Positions 18,556-27,879 are shown, counted from the stretch's first letter. The stretch is DNA of 32,000 nucleotides from Pseudomonas aeruginosa (GCF_001457615.1 NZ_LN831024.1:3240001-3272000); one strand, 5' to 3'. The notes: generated by a model not told the origin, from the sequence alone. A program made the numbers and translations.

Positions 18556-21513
18556 TCAACCACCGAAGTGATAGCTGAAGTCCAGCCACCATTGGCGGCC
18601 CATGGCGTCGTAGTTGCCGGTGGGATAGTACGGCCAGCCATCGGAGTCGTCCTCCTTGATCTGGTCGAGCAGGTTGTTCACCGTCAGGCCGACGCTGGCG
18701 CGTTCGTTGAGCCGGTAGCGGGCGCTGGCGTTGAACACCGTCCACGGGCTCAGGCGCCCGCTGCCAGCGGCGTTGGTAACGCTGCCGTAGCGCACCGCGA
18801 AGAGCGTCGAGGTGAACTGTGCGTAGTCCCAGGTCAGGCTGGCGTTGAGTTTGCTGCGCCAGTCGTGGGAGTCGAGGCTGTCGCGCTGGTTCTCGCTGGG
18901 GTAGTCGTCGGACTGCTTGTAGTCGTGGGACAACACCAGGGTGTAGCCGAGGGTCGAGGAGAAGGCGCCGTAGTCACCGGCGCCCCAGCGGATGTTGCTG
19001 CGCAGGTCGATGCCGCTGGTGCGCTCCTTGGCCGCGTTGATGGCATTGACGTAGACCTTGTTCAGGCGATTCGGATCGACGCTGGCGTCGCCGGCGTTGC
19101 GCTCGACCCGCGCCAGGGTGTCGCGGCACTGCGCCGAGTCCGGATCGAGCCCGCCGCTACGGCAGGCCGCCTCGTCGCGCAGCAGTTTGTCCGGATCGAG
19201 GGTGGTCAGCAGGTCATCGATCTGGATGTGGTAGTAGTCGGCGGAAAAGTCGAACCTGCTCGACGGCGACCAGACGAAGCCGTAGCTCCAGTAGCGCCCG
19301 CGCTCGGACTTCAGGTCGGGCGTGCCGCTCTGCACGTAGTCGACCCGGCCGTTCTTGCAGGCGCCGTCGACGCCTTTCTCGCAACCGTAGTAGTCCTTCT
19401 GCGCCGGGTAGTAGCCGTTGGCGTCGGCCTGGTAGATGTAGTTCAGGTCCGGCGCGCGGAAGCTGGTGCCGTAGCTGCCGCGTAGCAGCAGGCTGGTCAG
19501 CGGGCGCCACTCCAGCCCCAGGTTGTAGGTGGTCTGCTCCTCGGTGCGACCGCTGAACCTGTACTGGTCCCAGCGGCCGGCGGCGGACGCCAGCAGCGTG
19601 TCGTGCAGCGGGATGCTGAATTCGCCGCCGGCGGCGTAACGGTCGCGCGAGCCGCCGGAGCTGCTGGCCTTGGAGACGTTGTAGAGAGAGCCGTCGTTGT
19701 ATTGCGAGTCGGGACGGATCCTGTAGCCCTGCTTGCCCACCTCCAGCACGCCGGCGAAGGCCACCGGGCCGGCCGGCAGGTCGAACAGCTCGCCGTTGCC
19801 GGTGAAGCTGTAGGTCTGCGAGTAGGACTCGCTGTGCTGGGTCACGTTGCGCCGCAGGCTGCGCCACTCTTCCTCGCTCAGCGGACGTCCGAGGCGCGCC
19901 GGATCGGGATCGTAGACCGGGTAGCCGTCGCGTTCGCCGAGCTTGCGGCCCAGGTACAGGTCGAGGATCCCGGCCGCCGGGGTGTAGCGGGTAGTGCGGT
20001 CGCTGCGGTACTCGGAGCGGGTCGCGGCCAGTTCGTATTCCCAGGAAGTATTGGCGACGCGGTCGCTGTAGCCGAGGGTGCCGGTCCAGGACACCTCGCG
20101 CCACTTGCTGTTGTTGCTGCTCTTGCCGCCGATCTCCTCGGGCGAGAACAGCCGGTACCAGCGCTCCAGGTCGCCGCTGGAGGCATTGATGAAGTCCGGC
20201 GAGGTGAAGGACGGCCCACGGGTATTGTTCTGCAGGTGGTCGAAGCCGAACAGCAGGTCGGCGAACAGCTTGCCGCTGTCGCTCAGGTGCCAGGTGCCGC
20301 CGGCGTAGCCGTCGTAGTTTTCCTTCTTGGTCTGCAGGGTCCAGTAGTTGTTGTAGTACTGGTCGGTCATGCAGCGATAGCCACCCCTGGCGCCCGGCAC
20401 CGGCGCCACGTTGCCGCCGAACAGGCCGCCGAGGCCGGCGCAAGAGGCGTCGCCGAGGTAGCGTCCGCTCTGCGGGTTCAGCCGGTAGCCGACGTTGTTG
20501 CCGTCCGGGTAGCTGTCCATGAAACCGCGCTGGTTGGCCCAGACCGGCTGGCGCTGCTCGACCTGCAGGCCGAACAGGCCTTCGAATTCGCCCGTCGCGC
20601 CGCCGCCGACCAGTTGCAGGCGCTGGTTGTCGCCGCCGCCGCGCTCGGTGGTGCCGGCGCGCAGGTTGACGTCGACGCCATCGAATTTCTTCTTCAGGAC
20701 GATATTGACCACCCCGGCGATGGCATCCGAGCCGTAGATCGCCGAGGCGCCGCCGCTGAGGATCTCGATGCGGTCGATCATGACCGCCGGGATGTTCGCC
20801 AGGTTGGTGAAGTTCACCGAGCCGCCATAGGCGGTCGGGTAGTCGGCGACGCGCCGGCCGTTGATCAGCACCAGCGTGTGGTTGGGGCCGAGATCGCGCA
20901 GGTTGAGGGCGTTGGCCGCCGGTTGCCAGGTGTTGCCGTAGTCCTCGCCCTGGGTCATGCCGGTGTTCTGGGTCTGCGTCTGCAAGGCCTCGAAGACGTT
21001 GCGGTAGCCACGGTTCTGGATTTCCTCGCTGCTGATCACCGTGACCGGCGACGGCCCTTCCTGCTGGGCGCGGGGAATCCGCGAGCCGGTCACCACCACC
21101 CGCTCCAGGGTCTGCTCCGCTTTCGCCGCCAGCGGCTGCACCTTCGCCGCCGGTACGGCCGCGCGCAGCGGCGCGGCGGAAATCACCGCGCCGCGCTCGG
21201 AACGGCGGAACTGCAGGCCGCTACCGCGCAGGGCCTGTTCCAGGGCCTGGTCGACACTCAGCGGACCGCGCACCGCCGGCGCCTGCCGGCCGCGCACCAG
21301 CGACTGCTCGAAGGAGATCAGCAAGCCGCTCTGTCGCGAGATGCCCAGCAGCACCTGGTCCAGCGGGCCGGCGGCGACGTCGAAGGTGAGCGCCTTGGCG
21401 GCGGGCGCGGGCGTCTCCGCACGTGCCTCCGGCGGCGCGGCGTAGGCCGCCGCGAGCAGCGCGGCCAGGGCCAGGCTGGAAGGCAGGCGTGTGGATGGAG
21501 CATGGTGCGGCAT
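18556..21513 (-). CDS. sppR: TonB-dependent transducer (receptor with N-terminal STN signalling domain)
   Basis: 985 aa. Signal peptide LALAALLAAAYAAPPEARA. An STN-type extension follows (ALTFDVAAGPLDQVLLGISRQSGLLISFEQSLVRGRQAPAVRGPLSVDQALEQALRGSGLQF). Then the plug (LERVVVTGSRIP...IEILSGGASAIYGSDAIAGVVNIVLKK) and a beta-barrel ending in WLDFSYHFGG. Confidence 0.92.
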   Translation of the reverse strand: MPHHAPSTRLPSSLALAALLAAAYAAPPEARAETPAPAAKALTFDVAAGPLDQVLLGISRQSGLLISFEQSLVRGRQAPAVRGPLSVDQALEQALRGSGLQFRRSERGAVISAAPLRAAVPAAKVQPLAAKAEQTLERVVVTGSRIPRAQQEGPSPVTVISSEEIQNRGYRNVFEALQTQTQNTGMTQGEDYGNTWQPAANALNLRDLGPNHTLVLINGRRVADYPTAYGGSVNFTNLANIPAVMIDRIEILSGGASAIYGSDAIAGVVNIVLKKKFDGVDVNLRAGTTERGGGDNQRLQLVGGGATGEFEGLFGLQVEQRQPVWANQRGFMDSYPDGNNVGYRLNPQSGRYLGDASCAGLGGLFGGNVAPVPGARGGYRCMTDQYYNNYWTLQTKKENYDGYAGGTWHLSDSGKLFADLLFGFDHLQNNTRGPSFTSPDFINASSGDLERWYRLFSPEEIGGKSSNNSKWREVSWTGTLGYSDRVANTSWEYELAATRSEYRSDRTTRYTPAAGILDLYLGRKLGERDGYPVYDPDPARLGRPLSEEEWRSLRRNVTQHSESYSQTYSFTGNGELFDLPAGPVAFAGVLEVGKQGYRIRPDSQYNDGSLYNVSKASSSGGSRDRYAAGGEFSIPLHDTLLASAAGRWDQYRFSGRTEEQTTYNLGLEWRPLTSLLLRGSYGTSFRAPDLNYIYQADANGYYPAQKDYYGCEKGVDGACKNGRVDYVQSGTPDLKSERGRYWSYGFVWSPSSRFDFSADYYHIQIDDLLTTLDPDKLLRDEAACRSGGLDPDSAQCRDTLARVERNAGDASVDPNRLNKVYVNAINAAKERTSGIDLRSNIRWGAGDYGAFSSTLGYTLVLSHDYKQSDDYPSENQRDSLDSHDWRSKLNASLTWDYAQFTSTLFAVRYGSVTNAAGSGRLSPWTVFNASARYRLNERASVGLTVNNLLDQIKEDDSDGWPYYPTGNYDAMGRQWWLDFSYHFGG

Positions 21514-21614
21514 CGTTCGGTTCCCCCCGAAAACATGGTTTCCAGGGGATGAGCGATGAGCGCGGGAGATTTGCAGGGCAGGCTTGGAACGCTTTGTTCT
21601 GAGCTTATAAGCGC

Positions 21615-21765
21615 GGGCGAATAGGCATAGCGGCGGATAACGCCTCCGGCGTTATTCGCCCTACCCAAAAAGCTTCCCCCAGCTCCGCTACCGGCCTTGC
21701 CCCGTGTAGGGCGAATAGCCGCTTGCGGCTATCCGCCGGTCCGAACACGGCGTTATCCGCCCTGC
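21615..21765. repeat. Cluster of REP-like elements including an inverted pair (REPIN-like)
   Basis: GGCGGATAACGCCTCCGGCGTTATTCGCCCTAC (21632-21664) and GTAGGGCGAATAGCCGCTTGCGGCTATCCGCC (21706-21737) are inverted relative to each other, with a 41-bp spacer. Partial copies lie at 21615-21626 (GGGCGAATAGGC) and 21749-21763 (GGCGTTATCCGCCCT). Confidence 0.65.
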
Positions 21766-21775
21766 CGCCCTCGGG

Positions 21776-22678
21776 TCAGTACGTCAGCGCCCCGCACCAG
21801 TGCGCGCTCTTCAGTTCCTCATAGAGCGCGCCGATCTTCAGCGAGCACTGCCGCGACGGCGGGTAGATCAGCGACACCGGGCACAGCGGCGGTTCGAACG
21901 GCTGGAGGATGCGTACCAGTCGACGCCGGCGGATCGCTTCCTCGGCCATGAAGCCCATCACCTGGACGATGCCCTGGCCGACCAGCGCCGCGTCGACCAG
22001 CGCGTCGGCCACGTCCAGCACCAGGTCGCCGCGCACCGCCAGGCTCAGCGGCTGGCCGTCGCGCTGGAACTGCCATTCCAGCAGCTTGCCGGTATGCAGG
22101 TCGCGCACCGTCGGGCAGTTGTGCCCGGCGAGTTGCTCCAGGCGCTCCGGCGTGCCGTGGCCACGCAGGTATTCCGGCGACGCCACCGTGACCCAGCGCA
22201 ACGCCGCCAATGGCCGGGCGATCAGGCGCACGTCGCCGACCCGACCGAGACGCACGGCGGCGTCGAAGCCTTCCTCGGTGAGGTCGACCAGGCGATCGGT
22301 CATCGCCGCCTCGATCTGCAATTGCGGGTAGCGCCGCGTCAGTTCGCGCAGCACCGGCATGATCACGATCCGCCCGAGCGCCTGCGGGGTGGTGATCTTC
22401 AGCGGACCGCTCGGCGCGCACTGGCGGTCCACCAGCAACTTCTCGACTTCCTCCAGTTCCGCCAGCAAGGGTGCGCAGCGCTCGTAGAACAGCTGGCCGT
22501 CCGGGGTCAGGCTGACGCTGCGGGTGGTGCGGTGCAGCAGACGCACGCCGAGTTCGGCTTCCAGCCGGCCGATGGCGCGCGACAGGCCGGACTGGGTCAG
22601 ACCGAGAGAAACGGCGGCCTGGGTGAAGCTACGGGTCTCGGCCACGCGGGCGAGCAACTTGACGGCATTCAGGTCCAT
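21776..22678 (-). CDS. LysR-family transcriptional regulator
   Basis: 300 aa from ATG 22678 (MDLNAVKLLARVAETRSFTQAAVSLGLTQSGLSRAIGRLEAELGVRLLHRTTR, a canonical LysR HTH). An alternative upstream ATG at 22705 would add MKIIIDEIA. The ORF-track start at 22768 is further upstream and unlikely. Confidence 0.88.
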   Translation of the reverse strand: MDLNAVKLLARVAETRSFTQAAVSLGLTQSGLSRAIGRLEAELGVRLLHRTTRSVSLTPDGQLFYERCAPLLAELEEVEKLLVDRQCAPSGPLKITTPQALGRIVIMPVLRELTRRYPQLQIEAAMTDRLVDLTEEGFDAAVRLGRVGDVRLIARPLAALRWVTVASPEYLRGHGTPERLEQLAGHNCPTVRDLHTGKLLEWQFQRDGQPLSLAVRGDLVLDVADALVDAALVGQGIVQVMGFMAEEAIRRRRLVRILQPFEPPLCPVSLIYPPSRQCSLKIGALYEELKSAHWCGALTY

Positions 22679-22690
22679 GGCGATCTCATC

Positions 22691-22706
22691 GATGATTATT
22701 TTCATC
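22691..22706. promoter_or_regulatory. Candidate LysR-type operator in the divergent LysR/MFS intergenic region
   Basis: GATGATTATTTTCATC is an AT-rich dyad (GATGA-N6-TCATC) containing a T-N11-A-like core. It lies between the divergently transcribed regulator and the DHA2 MFS gene. Confidence 0.3.
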
Positions 22707-22788
22707 AGTGAAAGGACGGAGAGGCTATTTATCACGATTCCAGCATGAGAAACACTGGCCGCGCCCAACCCAGACCAGGAGTCCCGCC

Positions 22789-24204
22789 GTGACGGACCGT
22801 GCCGCCCCTTCCAACTGGATGCTCGCCCTGCTCGCCTGCGCGCAACTGATCATCGCCCTCGACGCCACCATCGTGTTCGTCGCTCTGCCGGAAATCAGCC
22901 GGGCGCTGGATTTTTCGGCGCAACGCCTGCAATGGGTGGTGAGCGCCTATACGGTGGCCTTCGGCGGCTTCCTCCTGCTCGGCGGGCGCGCCACCGACCT
23001 GCTCGGCCGGCGCCGCATGTACGTCCTCGGGCAAAGCCTGTACGCCCTCGCCTCCCTCGCGGGCGGCCTGGCCCAGAGCGAGTTGCCGTTGATCCTCGCC
23101 CGCGCCGTGCAGGGCCTGGGTGGCGCGCTGCTGTTCCCGGCGACCCTGGCGCTGATCGGCAATCACTTCGCCGAGGGCCCGGCGCGCAATCGTGCCCTGG
23201 CGATCTGGAGCATCGCCTCGGCGTTCGGCCTGGCCCTCGGCTCGGCGCTCGGCGGCGCGCTCACCGAGCTGTTCGGCTGGGCCTCGATCTTCCTGGTCAA
23301 CGTGCCGCTGGCCGGCGCCGCGGCGCTGCTCGCCCTGCGCCTGATCCCGGCCGACGCCCGGCGCCAGCGCGGTCGACGCTTCGACCTGGCCGGCGCGCTG
23401 ACGGTCACCGCCGGCGCCACCCTGCTGGTCTTCGCCCTGGTCCAGGGCCCCGAGTCGGGCTGGGATGCGCCCTCGGTACGTTTCGGACTTTACCTTTCCG
23501 TCCCGCTGCTACTGGCGTTCCTCGCCATCGAACACTACAGCCGCGACCCGCTGATGCCGCTGCGCCTGCTGGGCAACCGCAACCTGCAGGTGGCGATGCT
23601 GCTGACCGCGATCTTCATGAGCAGCTACGGCGTGCAGTACTACTTCCTGGCCATCTACTTCCAGTCGGTGTACGGCTACAGCGTGTTGCAGACCGGCCTG
23701 GCGTTCCTCCCGGCGACTCTGCTCTGCACCCTCGGTATCCGCGTCGCCGAGCGCCTGCTGGCCCGCCACGGGGCACGCGCGACGCTGGTCGCCGGCCTGC
23801 TGCTGGGCGCACTCGGGCTCGGCCTGCTGGCAGCGTGCCTGCCGCTGGGGCGCGGCTTCCTGGCGCTGCTGCCAGCCATCGTGATCCTCAGCATCGGCCA
23901 GGGCATGACCTGGACCGCCATGTGGGTGAGCGCCGCCAGCGGCGTCGATCCCGCCGAACAGGGCGTCGCCTCGGGGATGGCCTCGATGACCCAGCAGATC
24001 GGCGGCGCGCTCGGCCTGGCCCTGCTGGTGGCGCTGGCCAACGCCCAGGTGCGCGGCGCCGATGCCGCCAGCCTGCTGGCCAGCCAGGCGCGCGGCATCG
24101 AATGGGTGACCGCGCTCAGCGCCCTGCTCGCCCTGTTCGGCGCCGCCCTGGCCTTGCGGCTGCGCCGTGAGGAACCCGCGGCGTTGCAGCCGAGTCGCGG
24201 CTGA
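22789..24204 (+). CDS. MFS efflux transporter, DHA2 (EmrB/QacA, 14-TM) family
   Basis: 471 aa from GTG 22789, with AGGAG at 22777-22781 placed 7 nt upstream. The ORF-track start at 22708 is a GTG with no RBS. Motif A-like GGRATDLLGRRRMYVLG. Length and hydrophobicity fit a 14-TM DHA2 transporter. Confidence 0.85.
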   Translation: MTDRAAPSNWMLALLACAQLIIALDATIVFVALPEISRALDFSAQRLQWVVSAYTVAFGGFLLLGGRATDLLGRRRMYVLGQSLYALASLAGGLAQSELPLILARAVQGLGGALLFPATLALIGNHFAEGPARNRALAIWSIASAFGLALGSALGGALTELFGWASIFLVNVPLAGAAALLALRLIPADARRQRGRRFDLAGALTVTAGATLLVFALVQGPESGWDAPSVRFGLYLSVPLLLAFLAIEHYSRDPLMPLRLLGNRNLQVAMLLTAIFMSSYGVQYYFLAIYFQSVYGYSVLQTGLAFLPATLLCTLGIRVAERLLARHGARATLVAGLLLGALGLGLLAACLPLGRGFLALLPAIVILSIGQGMTWTAMWVSAASGVDPAEQGVASGMASMTQQIGGALGLALLVALANAQVRGADAASLLASQARGIEWVTALSALLALFGAALALRLRREEPAALQPSRG

Positions 24205-24210
24205 TCCCGC

Positions 24211-25098
24211 TCAGGCGTCGCCCAGCTCGGCGCCGAGTTCCAGCGCCAGGGCCTGGAAGGCCAGGCGCGCGGCACCGGGGTGGCTGCCCTGGCGCCAGAA
24301 CAGCGCTACCTGGCGGGTCGGCAACGCCGGCCGCAGCGCCACGCAGCGCAACCCGGCCTGCTGGCGCGCCACCGCCTCCGGCAGGATGCTGGCCAGTCTT
24401 CCGCGGCGAACCACGTCGACGATGGCGCTGATCGAGTTCGCCTCCAGCGCCACCCGCGCCGTCACCCCTTGCTGGCGCAGGTAAGCGTCGATGTGCCGGC
24501 GCGTGGCGAAGTCGTCGCGCAACAACGCCAACGGCAACTCCGCCAGCGCTGCGGCGGCCAGCGGCGCGTCCGCCGCCGGGTGTTCCGCCCTCAGCACCAG
24601 GCCCAGGCGCTCCAGGTAGAGCGGCTGGCTGTCGATCTCCACCGAACCCGGCTCGCTGAAGGCCACGCCAAGGTCCAGGCGATCGTCGATCAGCGCCGCC
24701 TCCAGGGCGTCCTGGGGCAACTCCTCGAGGCTCAACTCGATGCCCGGATAGCGCTGATTGAACGGATCCACCAGGGCGCCCACCAGATAGCAGGTGAAGG
24801 TCGGCGTCATGCCCAGGCGCAGGCGGCCGCGACTGAGGTCGCGCACCTCGTGGATCGCCCGTTGCGCCGCTTCCAGCTCGCGCAAGGCACGCCGCGCATG
24901 AAGCAGGTACAGCTCGCCGGCATCGGTGGGACGCACGCTCCTGCCGGAGCGGTCGAGCAATTGCACGCGCAGTTGCTCTTCCAGTTGCCGCACCTGCTGC
25001 GACAGGGTCGGCTGCGAAACGTGCAGCGCCTCGGCGGCGCGGGTGAAGTTGCGATGCTCGGCGACAGCGAGCAGGTAGCGCAGGTGGCGAAGCAGCAT
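24211..25098 (-). CDS. cynR: LysR-family activator of the cyanate operon
   Basis: 295 aa from ATG 25098; the ORF-track start at 25110 is a TTG. N-terminus MLLRHLRYLLAVAEHRNFTRAAEALHVSQPTLSQQVRQLEEQL closely parallels E. coli CynR as I remember it. Divergent from cynT-cynS. Confidence 0.9.
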   Translation of the reverse strand: MLLRHLRYLLAVAEHRNFTRAAEALHVSQPTLSQQVRQLEEQLRVQLLDRSGRSVRPTDAGELYLLHARRALRELEAAQRAIHEVRDLSRGRLRLGMTPTFTCYLVGALVDPFNQRYPGIELSLEELPQDALEAALIDDRLDLGVAFSEPGSVEIDSQPLYLERLGLVLRAEHPAADAPLAAAALAELPLALLRDDFATRRHIDAYLRQQGVTARVALEANSISAIVDVVRRGRLASILPEAVARQQAGLRCVALRPALPTRQVALFWRQGSHPGAARLAFQALALELGAELGDA

Positions 25099-25110
25099 GG
25101 AAACATCCAA

Positions 25111-25160
25111 CTATAGACCAGACCAATGACTGGAATAATAAACCGGTCTTGGACCCTATG
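25111..25160. promoter_or_regulatory. cynR/cynT divergent control region: imperfect inverted repeat and sigma70-like elements
   Basis: ATAGACCAGACC (25113-25124) and GGTCTTGGACCCTAT (25145-25159) form an imperfect inverted repeat around an AT-rich core. Possible cynT promoter: -35 TAGACC (25113-25118), 16-nt spacer, -10 ATAATA (25135-25140). Confidence 0.3.
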
Positions 25161-25212
25161 GCTCAATCCGCGCATCCTGGCCCCACCATTCGACGGCCAG
25201 GAGCCCAGCGCC

Positions 25213-25875
25213 ATGCGTGACATCATCGACGGCTTTCTCCGCTTCCAGCGCGACGCCTACCCGGCGCGCTCGCAACTGTTCAAGTCCCTGGCCACCCGGC
25301 AAGCCCCCAAGGCACTGTTCATCGCCTGCTCGGACAGCCGGGTGGTCCCCGAACTGCTGACCCAGCGCGAGCCCGGCGAACTCTTCGTGATCCGTAATGC
25401 CGGCAACATCGTCCCCGGCTACGGGCCGCAGCCCGGCGGGGTCAGCGCCTCGGTGGAATACGCGGTGGCGGTGCTCGGGGTCGGCGACATCGTGGTCTGC
25501 GGCCACTCGGACTGCGGCGCGATGGGCGCCATCGCGTCCTGCGCCTGTCTCGACCAGCTGCCGGCGGTGGCCGGCTGGTTGCACCACGCCGAGGCCGCAC
25601 GGGCGATGAACAGCGCCCACGAACACGCCTCCGAGGCGGCGCGGCTGGACGCCCTGGTGCGGCACAACGTGATCGCCCAACTGGCCAACCTGCGCACCCA
25701 CCCCTGCGTCGCCCGCGCCCTGGAGCAGGGTCGGCTGAACCTGCACGGCTGGGTCTACGACATCGAAAGCGGCCGCATCGACGCCCTCGACGGCGCCAGC
25801 CGGCGCTTCGTCTCCCTCGCCGAGCATCCCGAAGTGCGCGCGGTAGGCGGCGAACCCGGGCAGGCGGTCGCCTGA
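25213..25875 (+). CDS. cynT: Beta-class carbonic anhydrase
   Basis: 220 aa from ATG 25213, with AGGAG at 25199-25203. The ORF-track start at 25126 adds an unlikely 29 aa. Zinc-ligand motifs FIACSDSRV and [10 protein letters not shown]. Confidence 0.93.
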   Translation: MRDIIDGFLRFQRDAYPARSQLFKSLATRQAPKALFIACSDSRVVPELLTQREPGELFVIRNAGNIVPGYGPQPGGVSASVEYAVAVLGVGDIVVCGHSDCGAMGAIASCACLDQLPAVAGWLHHAEAARAMNSAHEHASEAARLDALVRHNVIAQLANLRTHPCVARALEQGRLNLHGWVYDIESGRIDALDGASRRFVSLAEHPEVRAVGGEPGQAVA

Positions 25876-25914
25876 ATCCCTTTCCTCACAACCACCCGCA
25901 AGGAGAGTCATCTC

Positions 25915-26385
25915 ATGCAACACAGCCAAGTGTCCCCCAACGCGCGCCAGCAACTGGCCGAGACCGTGGTCCTGAACAAGGCCCGCCTGGGCCTGTCCTG
26001 GCAGGACCTGGCCGACGGCACCGGTCTCGCCCTGACCTTCGTCACCGCCGCCCTGCTCGGCCAGCATGCCCTGCCAGAGGCGGCGGCGCGCAAGGTCGCC
26101 GCCCAACTCGGCCTGGACGACGACGCGGTGCTCCTGCTGCAAAGCATCCCGCTGCGCGGCAGCATTCCCGGCGGCATTCCCAGCGACCCGACCATCTATC
26201 GCTTCTACGAGATGCTGCAAGTCTACGGCAGCACCCTGAAGGCGCTGGTCCACGAACAGTTCGGCGACGGCATCATCAGCGCGATCAACTTCAAGCTGGA
26301 CATCAAGAAGGTCGAGGACCCGGAAGGCGGCTCGCGGGCGGTGATCACCCTCGACGGCAAGTACCTGCCGACCAAGCCGTTCTGA
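25915..26385 (+). CDS. cynS: Cyanase (cyanate hydratase)
   Basis: 156 aa with RBS AGGAGAG at 25901-25907. Cyanase C-terminal domain [41 protein letters not shown]. Confidence 0.95.
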   Translation: MQHSQVSPNARQQLAETVVLNKARLGLSWQDLADGTGLALTFVTAALLGQHALPEAAARKVAAQLGLDDDAVLLLQSIPLRGSIPGGIPSDPTIYRFYEMLQVYGSTLKALVHEQFGDGIISAINFKLDIKKVEDPEGGSRAVITLDGKYLPTKPF

Positions 26386-26422
26386 AGCGTCGCGCCGCCC
26401 GGCTCGCCGCCGGGCGCGCGCC

Positions 26423-27376
26423 TCAGCGGCTGGCGATGCTGACCCAGTAGGGCCCGTGGTAGTCGAGCCGGATCGGTAGGCTCTGCTCCAGCAATGCCAG
26501 CGCCGCGCCGCTGTCGTCCAGCGGGTAGATGCCACTGACGCGCAGCGCCGCCGCGTCGTCGGCGACGCTGATGATGCCGCGGCGATAGGCGCGCAACGCT
26601 TCCAGCACCTCCCCCAGCGGGCGGTCGCGGACCTCCAGCCGGCCATCCAGCCAGGCGCTCTCGCCGCCTTCGGCAGGACCTCGGGCGAGAATCGCCGAGG
26701 CGTCGAAACGGGCGCTCTGGCCGCGCTCCAACAGGCATTGCCGTCCGTCGGCAGTGGTGATCCGCACCCGCGACTCGAGCACCACCACTCGCGAGCTGGC
26801 GCCGTCATCGCTGACCTGGAAGCGGGTTCCCTGCGCCTCGACCTGGCCACGCCCGGTGTCGACGACGAAAGGCCGCGCCGGATCCCGTGCCACGTCAACC
26901 AGCAGGCGGCCCTCGCGTAAGCGCAGGCGACGCCGGTAGCCATCGAATTCGGGGCGTACCCGGCTGCGCGCGTCCAGCACCAGTTGGCTGCCATCCTCCA
27001 GGCGGAAGCTCTGGCGTTGTCCGGTGCCGGTATACAGGTCGCCGGGCCAGGGGAAGCCGACGATGCCGATCCGCCCCAGCGCCAGCGTCGCCACGCCGAA
27101 CGCCGCCAGGGCGAGGCTGCGCTGGAGAAACCGGCGACGAGCGGACGGCGCCTCGAGGGCTCCGATCAATTGCTCGGCGCGCAAGCCGTGCAGGGGCTCG
27201 TCGCGAAACGACTGCAAGCCCAGGCTGAGCCGGTCGAACACCGCACCGTGCTCGGCATCGGCCTGGCGCCACTGCTGGAACGCCAGGCGCTCCTCGGCGC
27301 CGGCATGGCCGGATTGCAGCAGCGCCATCCACTGCGCCGCTTCGTCGAGGATGCGTTCTCGCCTTCCCTGGCTCAT
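26423..27376 (-). CDS. FecR-type transmembrane anti-sigma factor / sensor
   Basis: 317 aa from ATG 27376. ATGA overlap with the sigma-factor stop (27373-27376). FecR N-terminal pattern ILDEAAQWMALLQSG...FQQWRQADAEHGAVF. Single TM LALAAFGVATLALG. Periplasmic FecR domain. Confidence 0.9.
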   Translation of the reverse strand: MSQGRRERILDEAAQWMALLQSGHAGAEERLAFQQWRQADAEHGAVFDRLSLGLQSFRDEPLHGLRAEQLIGALEAPSARRRFLQRSLALAAFGVATLALGRIGIVGFPWPGDLYTGTGQRQSFRLEDGSQLVLDARSRVRPEFDGYRRRLRLREGRLLVDVARDPARPFVVDTGRGQVEAQGTRFQVSDDGASSRVVVLESRVRITTADGRQCLLERGQSARFDASAILARGPAEGGESAWLDGRLEVRDRPLGEVLEALRAYRRGIISVADDAAALRVSGIYPLDDSGAALALLEQSLPIRLDYHGPYWVSIASR

Positions 27377-27879
27377 TCGGCAAGCACCTGGTAGCACTGC
27401 TTGAAGCCCTCGACCATGTACTGGTGGATGCGGCTGACGGAAACCTCCAGCAAGCCGGCGATCTCCACGTAGGTCAGTCCGCCGATCTGGCTATGGATGA
27501 AGGCGGCGCGGGCCTTCGGCGACAGCCCGGCGAGCATGCGCTCCAGGCGCAGCAGGGTTTCCACCACCTGGGCCTGCTCCTCGGCGGACGGCGCGAGGGC
27601 CTCCGGAAGCCCGGCCAGGCTTTCCAGGTAGGCGCGTTCCAGGTCCTGGCGCCGCCAGCCGTCGTACATCAGCCGGCGGGCGATGGTGGTGAGCAGCGCG
27701 CGCGGCTCGCGGATGCTTGCCGGATCCGGCAGGGCAAGGACCTTGAGGAAGGTTTCCGAGGCGATGTCCTCGGCGCTGTGGGGGCAGCCGAGGTAGCGCC
27801 GCAGGCGCCCGCTCAGCCAGGAATAGTCGTTCTGGAACATCAGGCCGACGAGGCGATTGCGTGTCTGATCCATGCCCAT
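27373..27879 (-). CDS. ECF sigma-70 factor, FecI-like
   Basis: 168 aa from ATG 27879, with GAGAG 6 nt upstream. ATG 27873 is an alternative start. Region 2 (AEDIASETFLKVL) and region 4 HTH (LSPKARAAFIHSQIGGLTYVEIAGLLEVSVSRIHQYMVEG). Translationally coupled to the FecR gene. Confidence 0.9.
   Translation of the reverse strand: MGMDQTRNRLVGLMFQNDYSWLSGRLRRYLGCPHSAEDIASETFLKVLALPDPASIREPRALLTTIARRLMYDGWRRQDLERAYLESLAGLPEALAPSAEEQAQVVETLLRLERMLAGLSPKARAAFIHSQIGGLTYVEIAGLLEVSVSRIHQYMVEGFKQCYQVLAE

Noticed and set aside
21514-21614. FecI/PvdS-type ECF promoter (for example a TAAAT/GGAAT -35 with a CGT -10) directly upstream of sppR.
   Set aside because: Only loose fragments are present (CAAAT...CGC, GGAAAC close to the ATG), with wrong spacing or position. 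I cannot call a promoter by eye.
21776-26385. The LysR-MFS-cynR-cynTS block as a horizontally acquired island or mobile element.
   Set aside because: No integrase, transposase, tRNA or direct-repeat boundaries are present. By eye the composition is as GC-rich as the flanks. Only comparative synteny could show whether it is an insertion.
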